From NCBI RefSeq assembly GCF_036321535.1, contig NC_087437.1, forward strand, positions 110,672,001-110,736,000: DNA of 64,000 nt, read 5' to 3'. Position numbers and translations under genes: made by a program. Under the pieces are notes generated by a model that was not told where the DNA came from, made no database searches, and saw nothing but the letters and a program-made list of their open reading frames with translations. Positions within the stretch are counted from its first letter, which is position 1. Every line of letters begins with the position of its first letter. This document shows positions 1-12,688 of the stretch, in pieces. The stretch is from Camelus dromedarius. Taxonomy: Eukaryota.

Positions 1-61
1 TTTGTTCACCGTAATATTTCCCTAACTGGGTGGTGGGGGCATTCACTCTAATAAACCAGGC

Positions 62-255
62 CAGTGGCTTAAACCAGGGAAGATTCTGCCCCTCAGGGGA
101 CACTGGGAGATGTCTGAAGGTTATTTTTGATGGACACAGCTTGGGGGAGGGGTTCCGACGACCAGCTTAGAGGGGTCTGCAGGAATACTGCTCTGACATT
201 GATGCACAGGACAGCCCCCACAGCAAAGAATTATCTGGACCAAAAGTTAGTAGCA
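62..255 (+). mobile_element. MER20-like hAT DNA transposon
   Basis: Contains gattctgcccctcaggggacactgggagatgtctgaagg...gatgcacaggacagcccccacagcaaagaattatctgg. Confidence 0.75.
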
Positions 256-1311
256 CCAGATGAGATCGGCATTCAAAATAAATCACACAGGAACATTAGA
301 CAGGCTTTTTGGAGACTTCACAGAAGCAGAGTTTTGCAACTTCCTACTCCAGCTTCCCCTTGACTTCAAGGTTCTTTCTACAGTAACAGCCACTGAAGGA
401 ATGATCTTTGTGTATGCACATCCTTCCCTCATTTTCTTCCCAGTATGTAACTAAACAACTATTGGGGAAAAAAAGGACGAAAGTAGCCCCAGATTTTAAC
501 AAGGACTCATGGATGGAGGGTGGCCAAGAATGGGAAACTGAGTCTTGGAGAGAACACTTAGGGTGGGGTCTCCTCCTCTTTCTAAGCCAACACAGCAACC
601 CAGTCACCATGCTTCCTTCTCATACAGAGGAAGAAGAGGATGGAGAAGGAACTCCAGATCACCTAACAGCTTTTCATCACAAAAACCTCAGTGAAGCAAA
701 GCACAAAGTGTTATCCACAAATCTCGCTGTAGATGGTTTGTGTGTGACCATAACACTCCAACCATCTCACCATTCCACCAGGACGAAAAAAGAGGGTCAA
801 TGACCAAGCCTCCAACCTTAGCTGCACATTAGAATCACCTAAGGATTTTTAAGCAGCCACCCAACTTGTGCACACCCAGGCCTGACCCCAGACCAAGAGA
901 ACTGGGATCTCTGAAAAGGCCCCCAGGGTCTCAGCCTTCTAGACTACAGAACTCACTTCTTCCCACCTGGGAAAGGAAACTGTTTTAAGTATACTTCATA
1001 GACTTAGTTATCAGACAATCTGCCTGGCGCAGATTGAGGTGGCGTAGAGGGCAGTGAGGAGATCCAAACTGAGTTACAAACCAGAGGACCTTCCCGTCCC
1101 CAAGGCAGACTGTGCATTAGATGCCTGACATTTACCGAGCGCCTCCTAGGACCTATTCTAAATACTTTACTTTTATAACTCAATTATTCCTCACAACCAC
1201 CTAGCTTGAGAGTAGCCAGGTATTATCCCCATTTTATGCTCGAGAAATGGGACACAGAGAGATTAAGCATAATCTGTTCAAAGTCATGAAGCTAATAAAC
1301 TGAAAAACAGG

Positions 1312-1805
1312 ACTCTCAGCCATAAAAAAGAATAAAATACTGCCTTCGCAGCAACATGGATGGATTATCATCCTAAGTGAATTAAGTCAGACAGAGAAAG
1401 ACAAATTTATGTTATCACTTACATGTGGAATCTAAACAAAAAAAAAAAAAAATACAAATTCTATTTACAAACCAAAAACAGACTCACAGAGAAAACAAGC
1501 TATGCTTCCTAGGAAGGGGAAAGGGCAGGGAGGGATAAATTAGGGGTTGGGGATTAACAGACACACATTACTATACATAAAATAGATAAACAACAAGGAC
1601 CTACTGTACAGCACAGGGAACTAGATTCAATTTCTTGTAATAACCTGTAATGAAAAAGAATCTGAAAAGAAAAAACATACATGTATACGTATACATGTAT
1701 AACCGAATCACTTCGCTGTACACCTGAAACTAACATTGTAAATCAACTATACATCAATAAAAAACTAAAAAAAAAAAAAACCAAAAAAGAAACAACCAAA
1801 AACAA
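1312..1805 (+). mobile_element. LINE-1 3' end (ORF2 tail, 3'UTR, poly-A), inserted into a MIR
   Basis: Contains cagccataaaaaagaat...gcagcaacatggatg...ctgtacagcacagggaac...caataaaaaa. MIR-like sequence flanks it on both sides (about 1120-1310 and 1815-1855). Confidence 0.88.
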
Positions 1806-3137
1806 ACTCACTGCCAAGGAACCTGGTTCCAGAGCCCACTCTTAGCCACTGGGCAGTGGTGCTTCTACAGAGTAGAAACAAACCTTTTCATGAAAAAGTG
1901 TTGGGAAATAATTCAGCTCCAATAGCTAATCACATATTTCAATCAGGGTTCTCAGGGCAGGATCGGTGCAAGCTCGCACACTTGGACTTGTAAGATGGGG
2001 CAAGCCTCAGGGCCAGCCTCCTGCAGACAGGCACCAGCCAGGTGCACGTGGTCACCACACGATCCTCCATCAAGGTTGCCTAATACCCACTATGACCACC
2101 CTAAGATGATCCCCTGCATCAACCCTCAAATCTGTCACTTGAGATGCTTCTCCTTTGTAGTTACCTCTATATTTAGGCTAAGGCTCTCGTCCAGCCTGCC
2201 CGTTGTACACATTTTCTCAGTTGTTTTCTATTTTCACTGCAGCTGTCGGTGCAACCTGCTTTATCTCTGTCTCATTATGGAATCATCTTCCAGGTTATTT
2301 TATCCTGTTTACTTGCATCCCCTTTCATCTTTCACTGTTCAACGGGGACCAGGAAGTGGTAGCAACCAGAAGGCAGAGAGGCCGCGGCCCAGGAGGGGAG
2401 CCCGAGTGCCTGCTCTCCCTCCAGCCAATCTGACCGGGCTGCTGCTGCCGCCTAGAGCATTTGCGAATTCTGCTGGAACTTATTCACGTTGAAACCAACT
2501 TAGCAACCTTACAGAAAACCTACGCTGTGGCTTGACTTCCAGGCTGTATTCTTAAACCAGTTTGATTAACGAACTTGACTGAGCACGATTTGTTCTGAAG
2601 GGTTTTTGATCACTGCACAATATTAAACAGTGAAGCAATTAAAAAACAGAAGACTCCACTAAAATGTAAGTTGGAGGATGGAATCATGTCACAGTCACCA
2701 TGATAACCCGCAGCATCCAGCTCAAAGCCTAGCACAGAGTAAATACTTAAGGAATGTCAGCTTCAAGTTGTGATGTAAATAAATAAATCAGTCTTCTAAG
2801 GATGATTCCAAAATAAAAGTTTAAATGTGCTTTAAGCAACAGTAGGTTCAGTGGATGTGCCACGCAGATTTCAAAGGTGTGTAATCTGCAGGAGACACAC
2901 ACAGTAGGATGTAAGGTCGGCTGCTGACAGAACAGGGCTGTACTCCCATATTTCTAACACAGACACCTATGTACAAACACATTTTTAAATTAAAAAAAAT
3001 TAATAAAAAGCCTTAAAAATGTGCCAGCTGTACACATACACACACAAAAATCTTTTTTTAAAAAAAGAAGAAATACACCAATACAGTGATTGTCTTTAAA
3101 GGAACAAATCGTGAGCAATTTCAATCACACTTTCTAT

Positions 3138-3347
3138 CAGGGGTCTGTAAAGGGCTAGAGAGTAAACATTTTCATCTTTGCAGACCATGCGTCCCAGTCA
3201 TAACTCCTCAGCTCTGCCATTGCAATGGGGCAGTAGCCAGAGACAAAACATAAATGAAAGGGTGTGACTGTGCTCCAATAAAGCTTTATTTACAAAAACA
3301 GGCCATGGGCTGGATTTGGCTGGTGGGTCTTAGTTTGCCAACCCCTG
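3138..3347 (+). mobile_element. MER58A-like hAT MITE
   Basis: Termini caggggt / acccctg with a degenerate 8-bp TSD ctttctat / cttcttat. Internal caataaagctttatttacaaaaacagg...gggctggatttggc. Confidence 0.8.
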
Positions 3348-4822
3348 CTTCTTATCCATAACCCACAGGAAGGGCTGGGGGGCGGAGGGGGGGGGGATCC
3401 AAAAAAGGTTGAGCGCACACTGTTTTGTTTTGTTTTGGGGGTAAGCACACACTGTCATTTGAAGCATAAACAACTAGACCTTATAAAATCCTTTAAATAA
3501 CCTAATCTAAGACTTTGCTTCAATCAAAGTCATTTTACAGAAATAAATGTGAACTGAGTTTTATGGGATCGAGCCTGCCACCTTGTGGTGACATAAAAGA
3601 AGAGCCTTCACAGTACCCATTCCCTGTTTTTAAGGGAACACAGCTCACTGGAGTCGTCTTCCAAATATGTGACGGGCATGTGGGTATTGCAACAACAAAA
3701 TGAGTCAAAAATCAATAGTAACGAAGTGTGATCGATTCTCTGAAGCCTCAACTTGTTGAATTCTTCCAGGGGGCCACAAAAAAAAGATAAACTGTCACAA
3801 GGCATCTGCTTGTGATCCATTCTTACCGAGCCAAGCTTCAGAAGGGACGCTGAAAAACAAGAATACTCCAGGTACCTACGCTCAGATGTTGAAACTGAAG
3901 ACTTTTTTTTCAACCCAAGTTTTAAAAAGAAGATAAATCTCAAACCCCAACGAGCTAAATCAACGCCAACTCTAGAAGCAGGGCATAGTGAGATAAGAGA
4001 CGGCAATACGCTATTCACGAGTGGGCTCAGTTCCTAATCCTCCTGCTGAACAAGACTGGGTGCCTGTGTAAGACCTGAGCGCAGTCCCAGGAAACAAATT
4101 CAGGAGAGACACAAGCAAGGACGAACAGTCAACCGGAGCAGGGCCCGCATGACGAGGATGGAGGATGGAGCTCAGTGGGGTCCCGGGAAGGCCTCCCAGG
4201 GCAGGTAGCATTCAAGCTGCTGCTTAGAAGGAGCTGCTTTTAGAGGGAGCAGGAGGAAAGGTGTAAACAGGAAAAGCAGCAGATGGGGCAGGGCAGGGGT
4301 TTCCGCCGACGGGCTCACGTTCAGACACTAGGGCAGAGGAACCCAAGAGAAAAGTAAACCAAACACCAGCTCTGGGGCACATTTCTGCTCTGGGCATCTC
4401 ACCTCCCATCCTCCTCTTACGCAAGGAAAAGTAGGGTCGGCTGGTTTTGGTGATGTGGAAGGCAAGGGTAAGACCAAGAACCCCAGCATCTTAAGTGATT
4501 CCTGGCACACCTGTGTCTCGAAATCTCTGTCCATAGCCAAGGGACAGTGGCCTCTATCCATCTATCTTTCTCCCAGATGAGAAACAGCAGCAGCATGACA
4601 AAGACGTCCACATGACAGGTGGATCTACAGCAAAACAGCAATTTCCACCAGCACAAAATTTCCCAACCCCTTTGCCATTCCACAAGAAGCTCAGTAACCG
4701 GCTCAGCTTACTCCCATAGCCAGACGCAGGAAGCCCACGGAAACAGGCAAGTGGCCTGGGCGGCTGCCCGGGTGCCTGCAGACCTGGGCCTAGCCCGGGG
4801 GCAGCCCCGTGTCCAGCCATAC

Positions 4823-5047
4823 CTGTGTTGCTGGTGAGAAAGGCGAGGGGGCTCTCGCTGAGGTCGGCGGGCCCGTCCAGCCGGTGGGGTGGGCTCTCCA
4901 GCAGCTCGGCTCCCGCCTCCAGCTCGGGGTGGGTCCTCACCAGGAGGCCCAGGGACGGCTGCGTGAGGAACTCTTTGAGCACGGCTGAGTTCAGGGTGCC
5001 GGCAGCGCGATGATTGATCTCGAGAATCTCGTCTCCCGCTTTCAGGC
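4823..5047 (-). CDS. TIAM1: TIAM1 coding exon (225 nt, phase 1-1): LKAGDEILEINHRAAGTLNSAVLKEFLTQPSLGLLVRT...LAFLTSNT-G; end of PDZ
   Basis: Acceptor ccttggcag|GC, donor ACAG|gtatgg. The peptide lies in ORF 4554..5150(-). Confidence 0.97.
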
Positions 5048-6450
5048 CTGCCAAGGCGAGATGGAAAATGTTTAATTTTGCACACACATAAAAGCAGTGG
5101 CAGCATCGAATCAGATCACAGCTTTTTGGAGGCCTGCTTCTAAAGGGCACATGGAGCGCTCTTGTTACAGGTGCTGCTGCAGCCAGGCTGCAGTGCTCAA
5201 AGGGATCAGCGGGTGATCACGGTGGGCTTCGGTGTCAGAAGATTCTAGACTTGGACTCGGATGCCACGGCACACCTCTCTGGTCCTGAATACACCAATGA
5301 AACAAATTTACTCCTTCTGGAATCTATGTGCTCTTGGCATCTGCCGATTTCTCCTCGCAAATGCTAATTCTAAATGCTAAAGCTATCGTCCTATAATTTC
5401 GAGGGGAAAAGATGGAAATGCTCCCTGATTACAGCAATCTCTGTTTTGTACATGCTCATGTGACAGGGTACACGTGTGACACAGCAGTGTCCAACAATCA
5501 TTTCTACAAAACCAAAATGCAAGTTTCCTCCGGCTACAACCCCTGACAGTTATCCCATTGCAAACACATTTAGAGACGACAGTTTATAGAACCAAATGCA
5601 ATCATTTTTGCCACCCCCGCCTTTTTGAATCTAGATTAGGACCTCAGGGTAAATGATCTTTTGAAGGTCTCCAAAGGTTCTGCTACTTTTGCAAAGTGCA
5701 CTGAGGACTTGCCAAAGTTTGGGACCCAGAGCAGCAGCCGTGAAGCAGCCTGATTCAACCTCAGAGAACAGGAAGCCGTGACCAACCCGGGGCAGTTCCA
5801 CCTGACATGAGAAGAACATTCCAGCAGCTTGAGAACGGGAGAGGTTAGGGAAGAAGAGAAGAGGAGTCTGATTCTTATTTTCTAGACTAATGTGGAAAAA
5901 CAGACTTGTAGAAGGGAGTGACCGAAGGGCACAAAGGATGAACCTCAAAATGTGAGGCCACGCAGCCCCTCAGGCATCTGCACATCTTGCCTCTGATTCT
6001 GCAGAAAAATGATCCCACAGAGAACTTTTCACGTCCCAGCTTCACCAAGTAACACCCGCGGGCCAGCTTTTCTTACTTAGCTTTCAAAATCCTTGACATC
6101 AACTTTCTATCATAAAATACTCCCAGGAACATCATGGGTGGGAAGGCAATGGAACGAGAAGGCTTTTCTCCGCGTCGGAGGCTGACTTCTGGGAAGCCAA
6201 CTGTTCCATTTTTTAGGTGAGAGAGTTTGGTGTCATCACATTTGAATTGCAGATACAAAATTTCCACTGGGAAAAGTAACTGCTGTTTTTTAAGTTTTCT
6301 CTTGGAGAAGACTCAGTTAGATGTTAGAGGAGGTAATAGAATGGAAAAAAAGAAGAAAAGACTGAAAAACTAAAAACATCTGCAAGTTTTGTAGGTTTTT
6401 TTTTTTTTTTAAGAATTTCCAGGTTTATTATGACTGGTTAAACAAGAGGG

Positions 6451-6896
6451 TGTAGTCGGTTGAATGGTGGTCCCTAATAGGGTATGTCCATGTCCCAGAA
6501 CCTGGGAACATGGCCCGATTTAGAATCAGGACCTTTGCAGTTATAATTTAGCAAAGGATCTTGAGATAAGATCATGCTGGATCGTCCAATGGGTCCTAAA
6601 CCCACTGACAAGTGTCCCTGTAGGAGACACACAGACGAGGGACACAGAAAGGAGACAGCATGTGAAGACGAAGACTGAGCTTGGAGGGATGTGGCCTCAA
6701 GCTGATGAATGCTTGGAGCCACCAGATGCTGGAAGAGGCCAGGCAGGCTCCTTCCCCAGAGCCTTTACAGGGACCACAGCTCTACAGACGCGTTGGCTTC
6801 AGACTCTGCCCTGCAGAACAGTGGGAATACAATTCTGCTTTTTAAGCCACCTGGTTTGTGGTTCTTTGTTATGGCAACCTCTAGGAAACCAACACG
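6451..6896 (+). mobile_element. MaLR solo LTR (MLT1-type)
   Basis: Starts tgtagtcggttgaatggtggtccc, carries the internal ggagccaccagatgctggaagaggc motif, and ends tttaagccac...ctaggaaaccaacac. Confidence 0.85.
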
Positions 6897-7034
6897 GGGG
6901 CCACCCGAGTGAGTGCTTCTCAGTATCAGCGAGTGAGAGGAGGAGTCTCAGCACTGCGGGGGGGGGGGGGGGAGGCGGCGATGCAGTGCCTCACTGGGTC
7001 CTTCTGTCACAACCCCCCCACTGTTTATTATTCA

Positions 7035-7172
7035 ATCTCTCCCAGCCTCAGTTTCCTCATATGTAACAGGGGACTGAGCTAAATGAGATTAAATGAAATG
7101 ATCCATGTAAAAGTCTTCGCACAGCACTTGGCATGTTGAAGACATTCAACAGATGTTAACTCTCACTATTAA
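7035..7172. mobile_element. MIR SINE fragment (other MIR pieces near 1120-1310, 17780-17930, 28590-28690, 53790-54040)
   Basis: Contains gcctcagtttcctcatatgtaa...gagattaaatgaaatgatccatgtaaaagt...cacagcacttggca. Confidence 0.75.
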
Positions 7173-7823
7173 CACTTGGTAGAAGAAGATAACTTTTAAA
7201 AAAAATTTCAGCCTACTCAAAAATAATCCCCACCTGCCCACGGTAAAAATCGTGAAGTATCCAAGCTATCTAGAGAAATGTGGCACGTGGTTTTCTCCAC
7301 TGGGCTCTGCCCTGTGCAGCCACAGGAAGACACCTAGATGACAGCAAAGAAGACGCCTGATGTAACTCCAAGAGCAGAGTACTGGGCCAAAACAAACATG
7401 CCCAGGACGGACAGAGAGGTAAGTGCAAAGTAACACACTTTGGTTCAAAGGGTCCCTTCCACAAGGACAGCCAACATGAGATGCAACTGCGAGCAGGGGC
7501 AGGGACAGCAGGAACATGGGAGTGAAACTGCCACAGGCCAAAAGCCGAAGGTGGCTCACAGAAAGCAGTAAGGTGCAGGGTCAGTTAATGCCAACAGGAT
7601 GTTCCATTCTAATTAGGCTGCATCTCACCAGACTCCCCTTGGTGGCACCACATTCTGGTCATTTTAAGGAACACTGGCATCTGGACTGTGTCCAGAGGGC
7701 AGTCACCGGAGTTGGATTCTACATTCTAATGACTTGTTGAAGGATCTGGGAGCGTCAAATGTGGAAAAGACTTGGCAGTTGTAGCATGATGCATATCAAC
7801 GGATGGCTATAAAGAAGGAAGCC

Positions 7824-7961
7824 GGGGGAGGGTATAGCTCAAGGCGTAGAGCGCATGCTTAGCATGCACAAGGTCCTGGATTCAATCCCCAGTACCTCCC
7901 TAAAGATAAATAAACCTAACCACCTCCCCCAGCCCCCCCAAAGTTAATCAATTAATTAATT
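7824..7961 (+). mobile_element. tRNA-Ala-derived SINE (vic-1-like, camelid type) with TSD
   Basis: Head GGGGAGGGTATAGCTCAAG...GCTTAGCATGCAC...GGATTCAATCCCCAGTACCTCC resembles tRNA-Ala(AGC) with A and B boxes, followed by an AT-rich tail. TSD aaagaaggaagc (7811-7822) / aaagaagaaagc (7962-7973). Confidence 0.9.
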
Positions 7962-8915
7962 AAAGAAGAAAGCAAAACAGTGACCAAAAGCTGAACGAGG
8001 AGGATGTCTTCTAATCTGAGATGTCTGCAAAGAGGCAGTCCGGTCCCCAGTGAGCTCTCCAGCATCAGGAGGGCTTCGTGTAGAGGCTACATTTAACATC
8101 AAATACCCCAGTATCTCCCCTGACAGCCTGACAGTGTTTGCCCCCTAGGAGGACGAACGGGCATGACGGCCGCACCTGGAGGGAACAGCGCGCTGTGGGG
8201 CAAGGGGGTTGGAGCAGACGACAGTTTGTTTTTATCTAACACCAGGGTTCTTGGATTCAAAGGACTAAAACAGGATGTGACTAAAAGCAGGGCCGCGTAT
8301 TCCCCCACCTCCGCACCACGCCACCCGGCACACTCACTGAAAGAGATAAAAATCAGTTTGGGCCTTAAAGGGGAATAAACCCCGTCACCTCTGCTCTTAG
8401 CTGAGATACACTTAGTGAGTGCGTCGAACTCTGGCCTCCAGGTCGCCTTTGGCCTCGAAAATATGGAAGGAAAAATGAAGGGAAGTCCTCCTCCATGACA
8501 GCTAGCGATGGATAAATTACTGGGACTTCAGTTCCCGTCTGTCACACCTTCGCCATGTCTTTGCAGAGCCAAGCTTGTGGGCAGCAACGCCCCAGTGCTT
8601 ACGGCACAGGGCAAAGGGTAAGCTGCACAGGGAGCTTGCAAGCCATGAACACCCAGAACTAAGCTGCGCCAGAACCGGAAGGAGGGAGGAAAGGTGGGCA
8701 GACACTCCATCCTTTTCCCGCGGCTCCATTCAGCCGTCCTCAGTGGAACAGACACAGGCAGACTGCATCCAAGCACGACTGGCCGAGACAGCTTAGACTT
8801 CTGCCTTCAGTGAGCGCTATTTTGCCTGGAGGAAGCTAAACATTCTACAGCAAGAATGAAATGAAATGAAGGTGGATTTTAAACCTTACTTTCCTGCCCA
8901 ATTTGTTTACAGTGA

Positions 8916-9364
8916 GTATGACGACTTGACTAGTGTCCCCCCAAAATTCACATCCACCCAGAACATCAGAACGTGACCTTATTTGGAAATAGGGTCTTTG
9001 CAGAGGTAATTAAGTCAGGATGAAGTCATACTGGATTAGAGTGGGTCCTAAATCCAGTGGCTGGTGTTCTTGGAGTAAGGCCATGTGAAGACACAGAGAG
9101 ATGCACAGGAAATGACGCCACATGAGGACAGAGGCAGAAATTAGAGTGATGAGGCTACAAGCCAAGGGTGCCAAGGGCTACCAGCAGCCAGCAGACTCGG
9201 GAAGGAACCAGGAGACAGATCCTCCCGGCAGAGGCTCCAGAAGGAAACAAGCCAGCCAATACCTTGATTTCAAGCTTCTAGCCTCCTGATCTGTGTACAT
9301 TCCTGTGGTTTTTAAACACCCAGTTTGTGGTGATTTCTGAATGCAGCCCTAGGAAACTAACATA
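8916..9364 (+). mobile_element. MaLR solo LTR (MLT1-type)
   Basis: Contains gtgaccttatttggaaatagggtctttgcag...gcagccctaggaaactaacata. Confidence 0.85.
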
Positions 9365-9941
9365 GGAGGCAAAAAATCTAGGTTGAAAGGATTCTTGGAG
9401 TCGAAAAGTGATGCAGAGCTGAGGTTGCACAAACAGCCTAGACGGCAGGGCCGCGGGCAGGGGTGGCGGAGAAGAGCCCTCAGGGGCGGGGCAGAAGTCT
9501 GAATCCTGAAGCCCTGGATCCCTCCATCCATGGCAGCAACAGAACATGAGGGGCTTCGCAGGTGAAGGCAAAGGCCACTGTCACCTTTGACCAAAGCACA
9601 GAGGGGTCTTCTGGAATGTTCTGCTCCAGGCGGACCCCCAGGACCCCCATTCCACCTCAGAAGGCAGGGAAGGACAAAGACAACCATCTACCATTAGAAG
9701 GAAATTTCCCACCAGCCCCATGGAAATGGGCTCAGAATCAGATTTAAAATTCAAGAAGGCAACGTTCCCTGCACAACTGAATTTATGGAAATAATATGCA
9801 CATTCCGTGGAAGGGTTTTCAATAAGACAACATTTAAATGGTCTTTACAGATGAACCCTTTGGGCATATCCTTCTCACCCACCAACTAGAGAAAGATGAA
9901 AGGGAATTTAAGATAGACAGACAAGACACTTAGTGACCGAC

Positions 9942-10028
9942 CTTTCTTGGAAGCTAAGCCAGTTTCCTTCACACTGTTCACGTAGAGCCTTCGGACACCA
10001 TCTTCTTCCACAGAAGAAAGTGAAAACC
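9942..10028 (-). CDS. TIAM1: TIAM1 coding exon (87 nt, phase 1-1): FSLSSVEEDGVRRLYVNSVKETGLASKK-G; PDZ
   Basis: Acceptor tttcctag|GG, donor AAAG|gtcggt. Translated by hand. Confidence 0.96.
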
Positions 10029-11961
10029 CTAGGAAACACAGAGACAGCGCGGTGAGGCTCACACCTCCTGAGTGCTGAGCGAATGATCGGAAGTACCTGC
10101 TGTGAACCAGGCATGTTTGTTGTTTTGGGTTATGGATTTTCCTTGTTCATATTGTTTTACAAAGCAGAATAACATTTTTTTTAGATCATGCTAAAGGAAG
10201 TCACCACCTGTAAAAATGAACATTTCCAGGTGCATCTATCTTCACTACAACCTACCTCTCAACTCAAACGGAAGGAAGTTACTTTGTTTTACCTTGTTTG
10301 CTAGTAAATGCCATAGTTTTGCTTTTTTTAAGTTTCCTCCTCAGCACAAAACAGAAACAATGAGCTTATCTCAAGTGGGTCCCGCTGACTTTGTTGAGCA
10401 AATCCGTGCCCTAGGATATGTCACAGCAGAACAACTGTGTATGGTGTGTGTTCATCCTTGTACATTGCTGCTGTGTGGACCCTGCTTTAGTTTAGTAAAA
10501 CTCTGCAAACAGGCATAAGGAGCAACTCACTTCACAAATGGTTTTTCATGTTTGAAACTGACTGGACTGCACATTCCCCGAGTGTCTGATCATAAGATTA
10601 TCTTATACTTGTCCAGGCTTCCAGAACTCAAAGCCGTTAGTCAGTTAATCTTGGTGCTACATCCTTTAGAAAAAAAAAGGTCCCAAGGTCCTAAATGCTC
10701 CCAATCCTATGGCTACAAGCCCTGGTCACCTCTGCTTCTAGACAGTCTCATAGAAAACTCTTTCCTGATCAGTTAGTGGAATGCCCACAATCAATACCTA
10801 CTTTTCCTCAGGATAAAATATCTTGGCGGATACTCCTAAAAGGACAAAGGGAATGAATGCAATTATAAAATATTTAATACAATTTCAGCTCTGGGAGAGA
10901 GATAAGGCTTAGGCAAAGGAAAAAAGACAGAGGAAGAAACAGTGGTTAGGCAACTAACAAAAAACCCCAATAATTAATGACAGGACTGGGGCCCAGGGAT
11001 TCATTAAGACTTCTTAGGCTGTGTCATAATGAACATGTGTTTTCCTGAGTCATTCACAGGACCAGGAAATAGATACCCACACGTAAGCAAAACTGCCAAC
11101 TGCCATCGCCCACCAGGGTATCGTTAACTCCCCCAGACAGGGAACAACACAAGGCCACCCCCGGAGGACTTTCCAAAGGCTTTATTTTATTCTCGTATTT
11201 TAAATTCCATTCTATAAGCAGCTTGTAGCTTTCAGATAACTCTTCAAGGAGCCCTGCTCAAATAAAAATCACTTTAGACACGAGCCATTTAAGGGACACG
11301 AGCCTTAACACAGGTGTATTTACCTGCATTTCAGGCGAGATTCTTTTTTCTTTTATCTGTTAGAATTGATACAGAATCAAGGACTACATCGAAGGAAAGG
11401 ATGGAGAGAATTCATTAAAATACAGGCACTTCCCATTTTAAAACGGATTATGTATGTACCATTTCCATGCCTACTTTGTCCCGTACATGTCGTTCAAGGA
11501 GAAGTGCTATTTGGCGGGAGTGGAGAGGAAACACATTTCATGAGGACAGCCAGCTGTACTGTTCCTAAGTCAGTGTTTTACCCCCATAAGGCTGTAGTCG
11601 ACTCACTCTTTCACCTTCACCTGTGCAAAGATTAAACAGTGTGATGTTCTTTTTAATACAACCATTTATACTATCAACAACAACCAGCGTTTCCTTTCTA
11701 AAACGTTCCCATTTTATGAAGTTCTGAGACCAAAGTTTTTAAAGTCTGTTTTTTTTTTTTTAATTCAAAAATAAAATGAACACACTGCTGGGGGCCAGCG
11801 GAAGAGCTCGCCTGAATGGAAGATGCCAGGAGAGGTGATGTGCTACGAGCCTACCGCAAGTCACCTTAAACCAAGGGCAGTGGTGATGGCTAGGCAGGTA
11901 TTCAATTGCTGCGTTCCTTCTTTACTTGGTGCTCCTGTTTAACGATCAAAAGGTAATAATG

Positions 11962-12112
11962 AGGGAGAGGATATAACTCAGTGGTAGGATGTGTGCTTAG
12001 CATGCACGAGGTCCTGGCACCTCCATTAAAAAACAAACAAACAAACAAATAATAAATAAACTGGATTGTCTCTTCTCCCCCTAAAAACAAATAAACAAAA
12101 AGTTTTTTTAAA
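11962..12112 (+). mobile_element. tRNA-Ala-derived SINE (vic-1-like) with B-box deletion
   Basis: Same head as the other copies but lacking GTTCAATCCC. Perfect 14-bp TSD aaaaggtaataatg (11948-11961 / 12113-12126). Confidence 0.88.
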
Positions 12113-12688
12113 AAAAGGTAATAATGGGAGTGGGGTAGATGGTGGGGAGCCATCCTGTCTGAAGGCTGCCAGTGCCCAGGAAATCTGCACTGGGCAACTG
12201 GGTACCAAGAATGGATCTGAGAAACAGATTAAGCTCTACAAATTGGTGGGGAAATCTCCATGGTAGGAAAGAGGACTGAAAAAGGATGACGGCAATAAGG
12301 TCCTTTGGGAAGATCACATACATGGAAGCCAACAATTTGCAAATGTAAACAGCACTTGGCTTTGCTCTGGATTTCACACTGGAGGACAAATTTAGGGATC
12401 AGGCAAACAGGAGCTCCTGTCTGTTCAGAAAGACAGCCCTCCCCACTCGGCGGTGCAGCATACACTACCAAGGGCGTCAAGAGTCCCAAGGAGCAGCCTC
12501 CATTTCAAGACGCCAGTAATTTGCACCCTTGGGGGAAGGTGGGGATTATAACATCTCCTAGATGTGACAGTCTAGGACATCCTCTGCACATCAGGTAGTG
12601 TGGGAAACATAAAGAAAACATCCTACAGCTGGATTATTTTAAGGTTAACGAAGAGCACAATGATCTCAGTGAATCAGCAAAGTCAGGA

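Noticed and set aside
1995..2492. 165-aa ORF (and 408..803, 131 aa) as the next TIAM1 exon or a nested gene
   Set aside because: Wrong strand for TIAM1 and no recognisable similarity. The expected next exon (GHSL...SSK) was not found in 1-4822 and probably lies beyond the window.
4554..5150. 198-aa ORF as a stand-alone gene
   Set aside because: Only 4823-5047 is exonic. The flanks are intronic read-through beyond clear splice sites.
7824..7900. tRNA-Ala gene (also at the five sibling loci)
   Set aside because: Mismatched stems, SINE-specific tails and TSDs show these are SINE copies, not tRNA genes.
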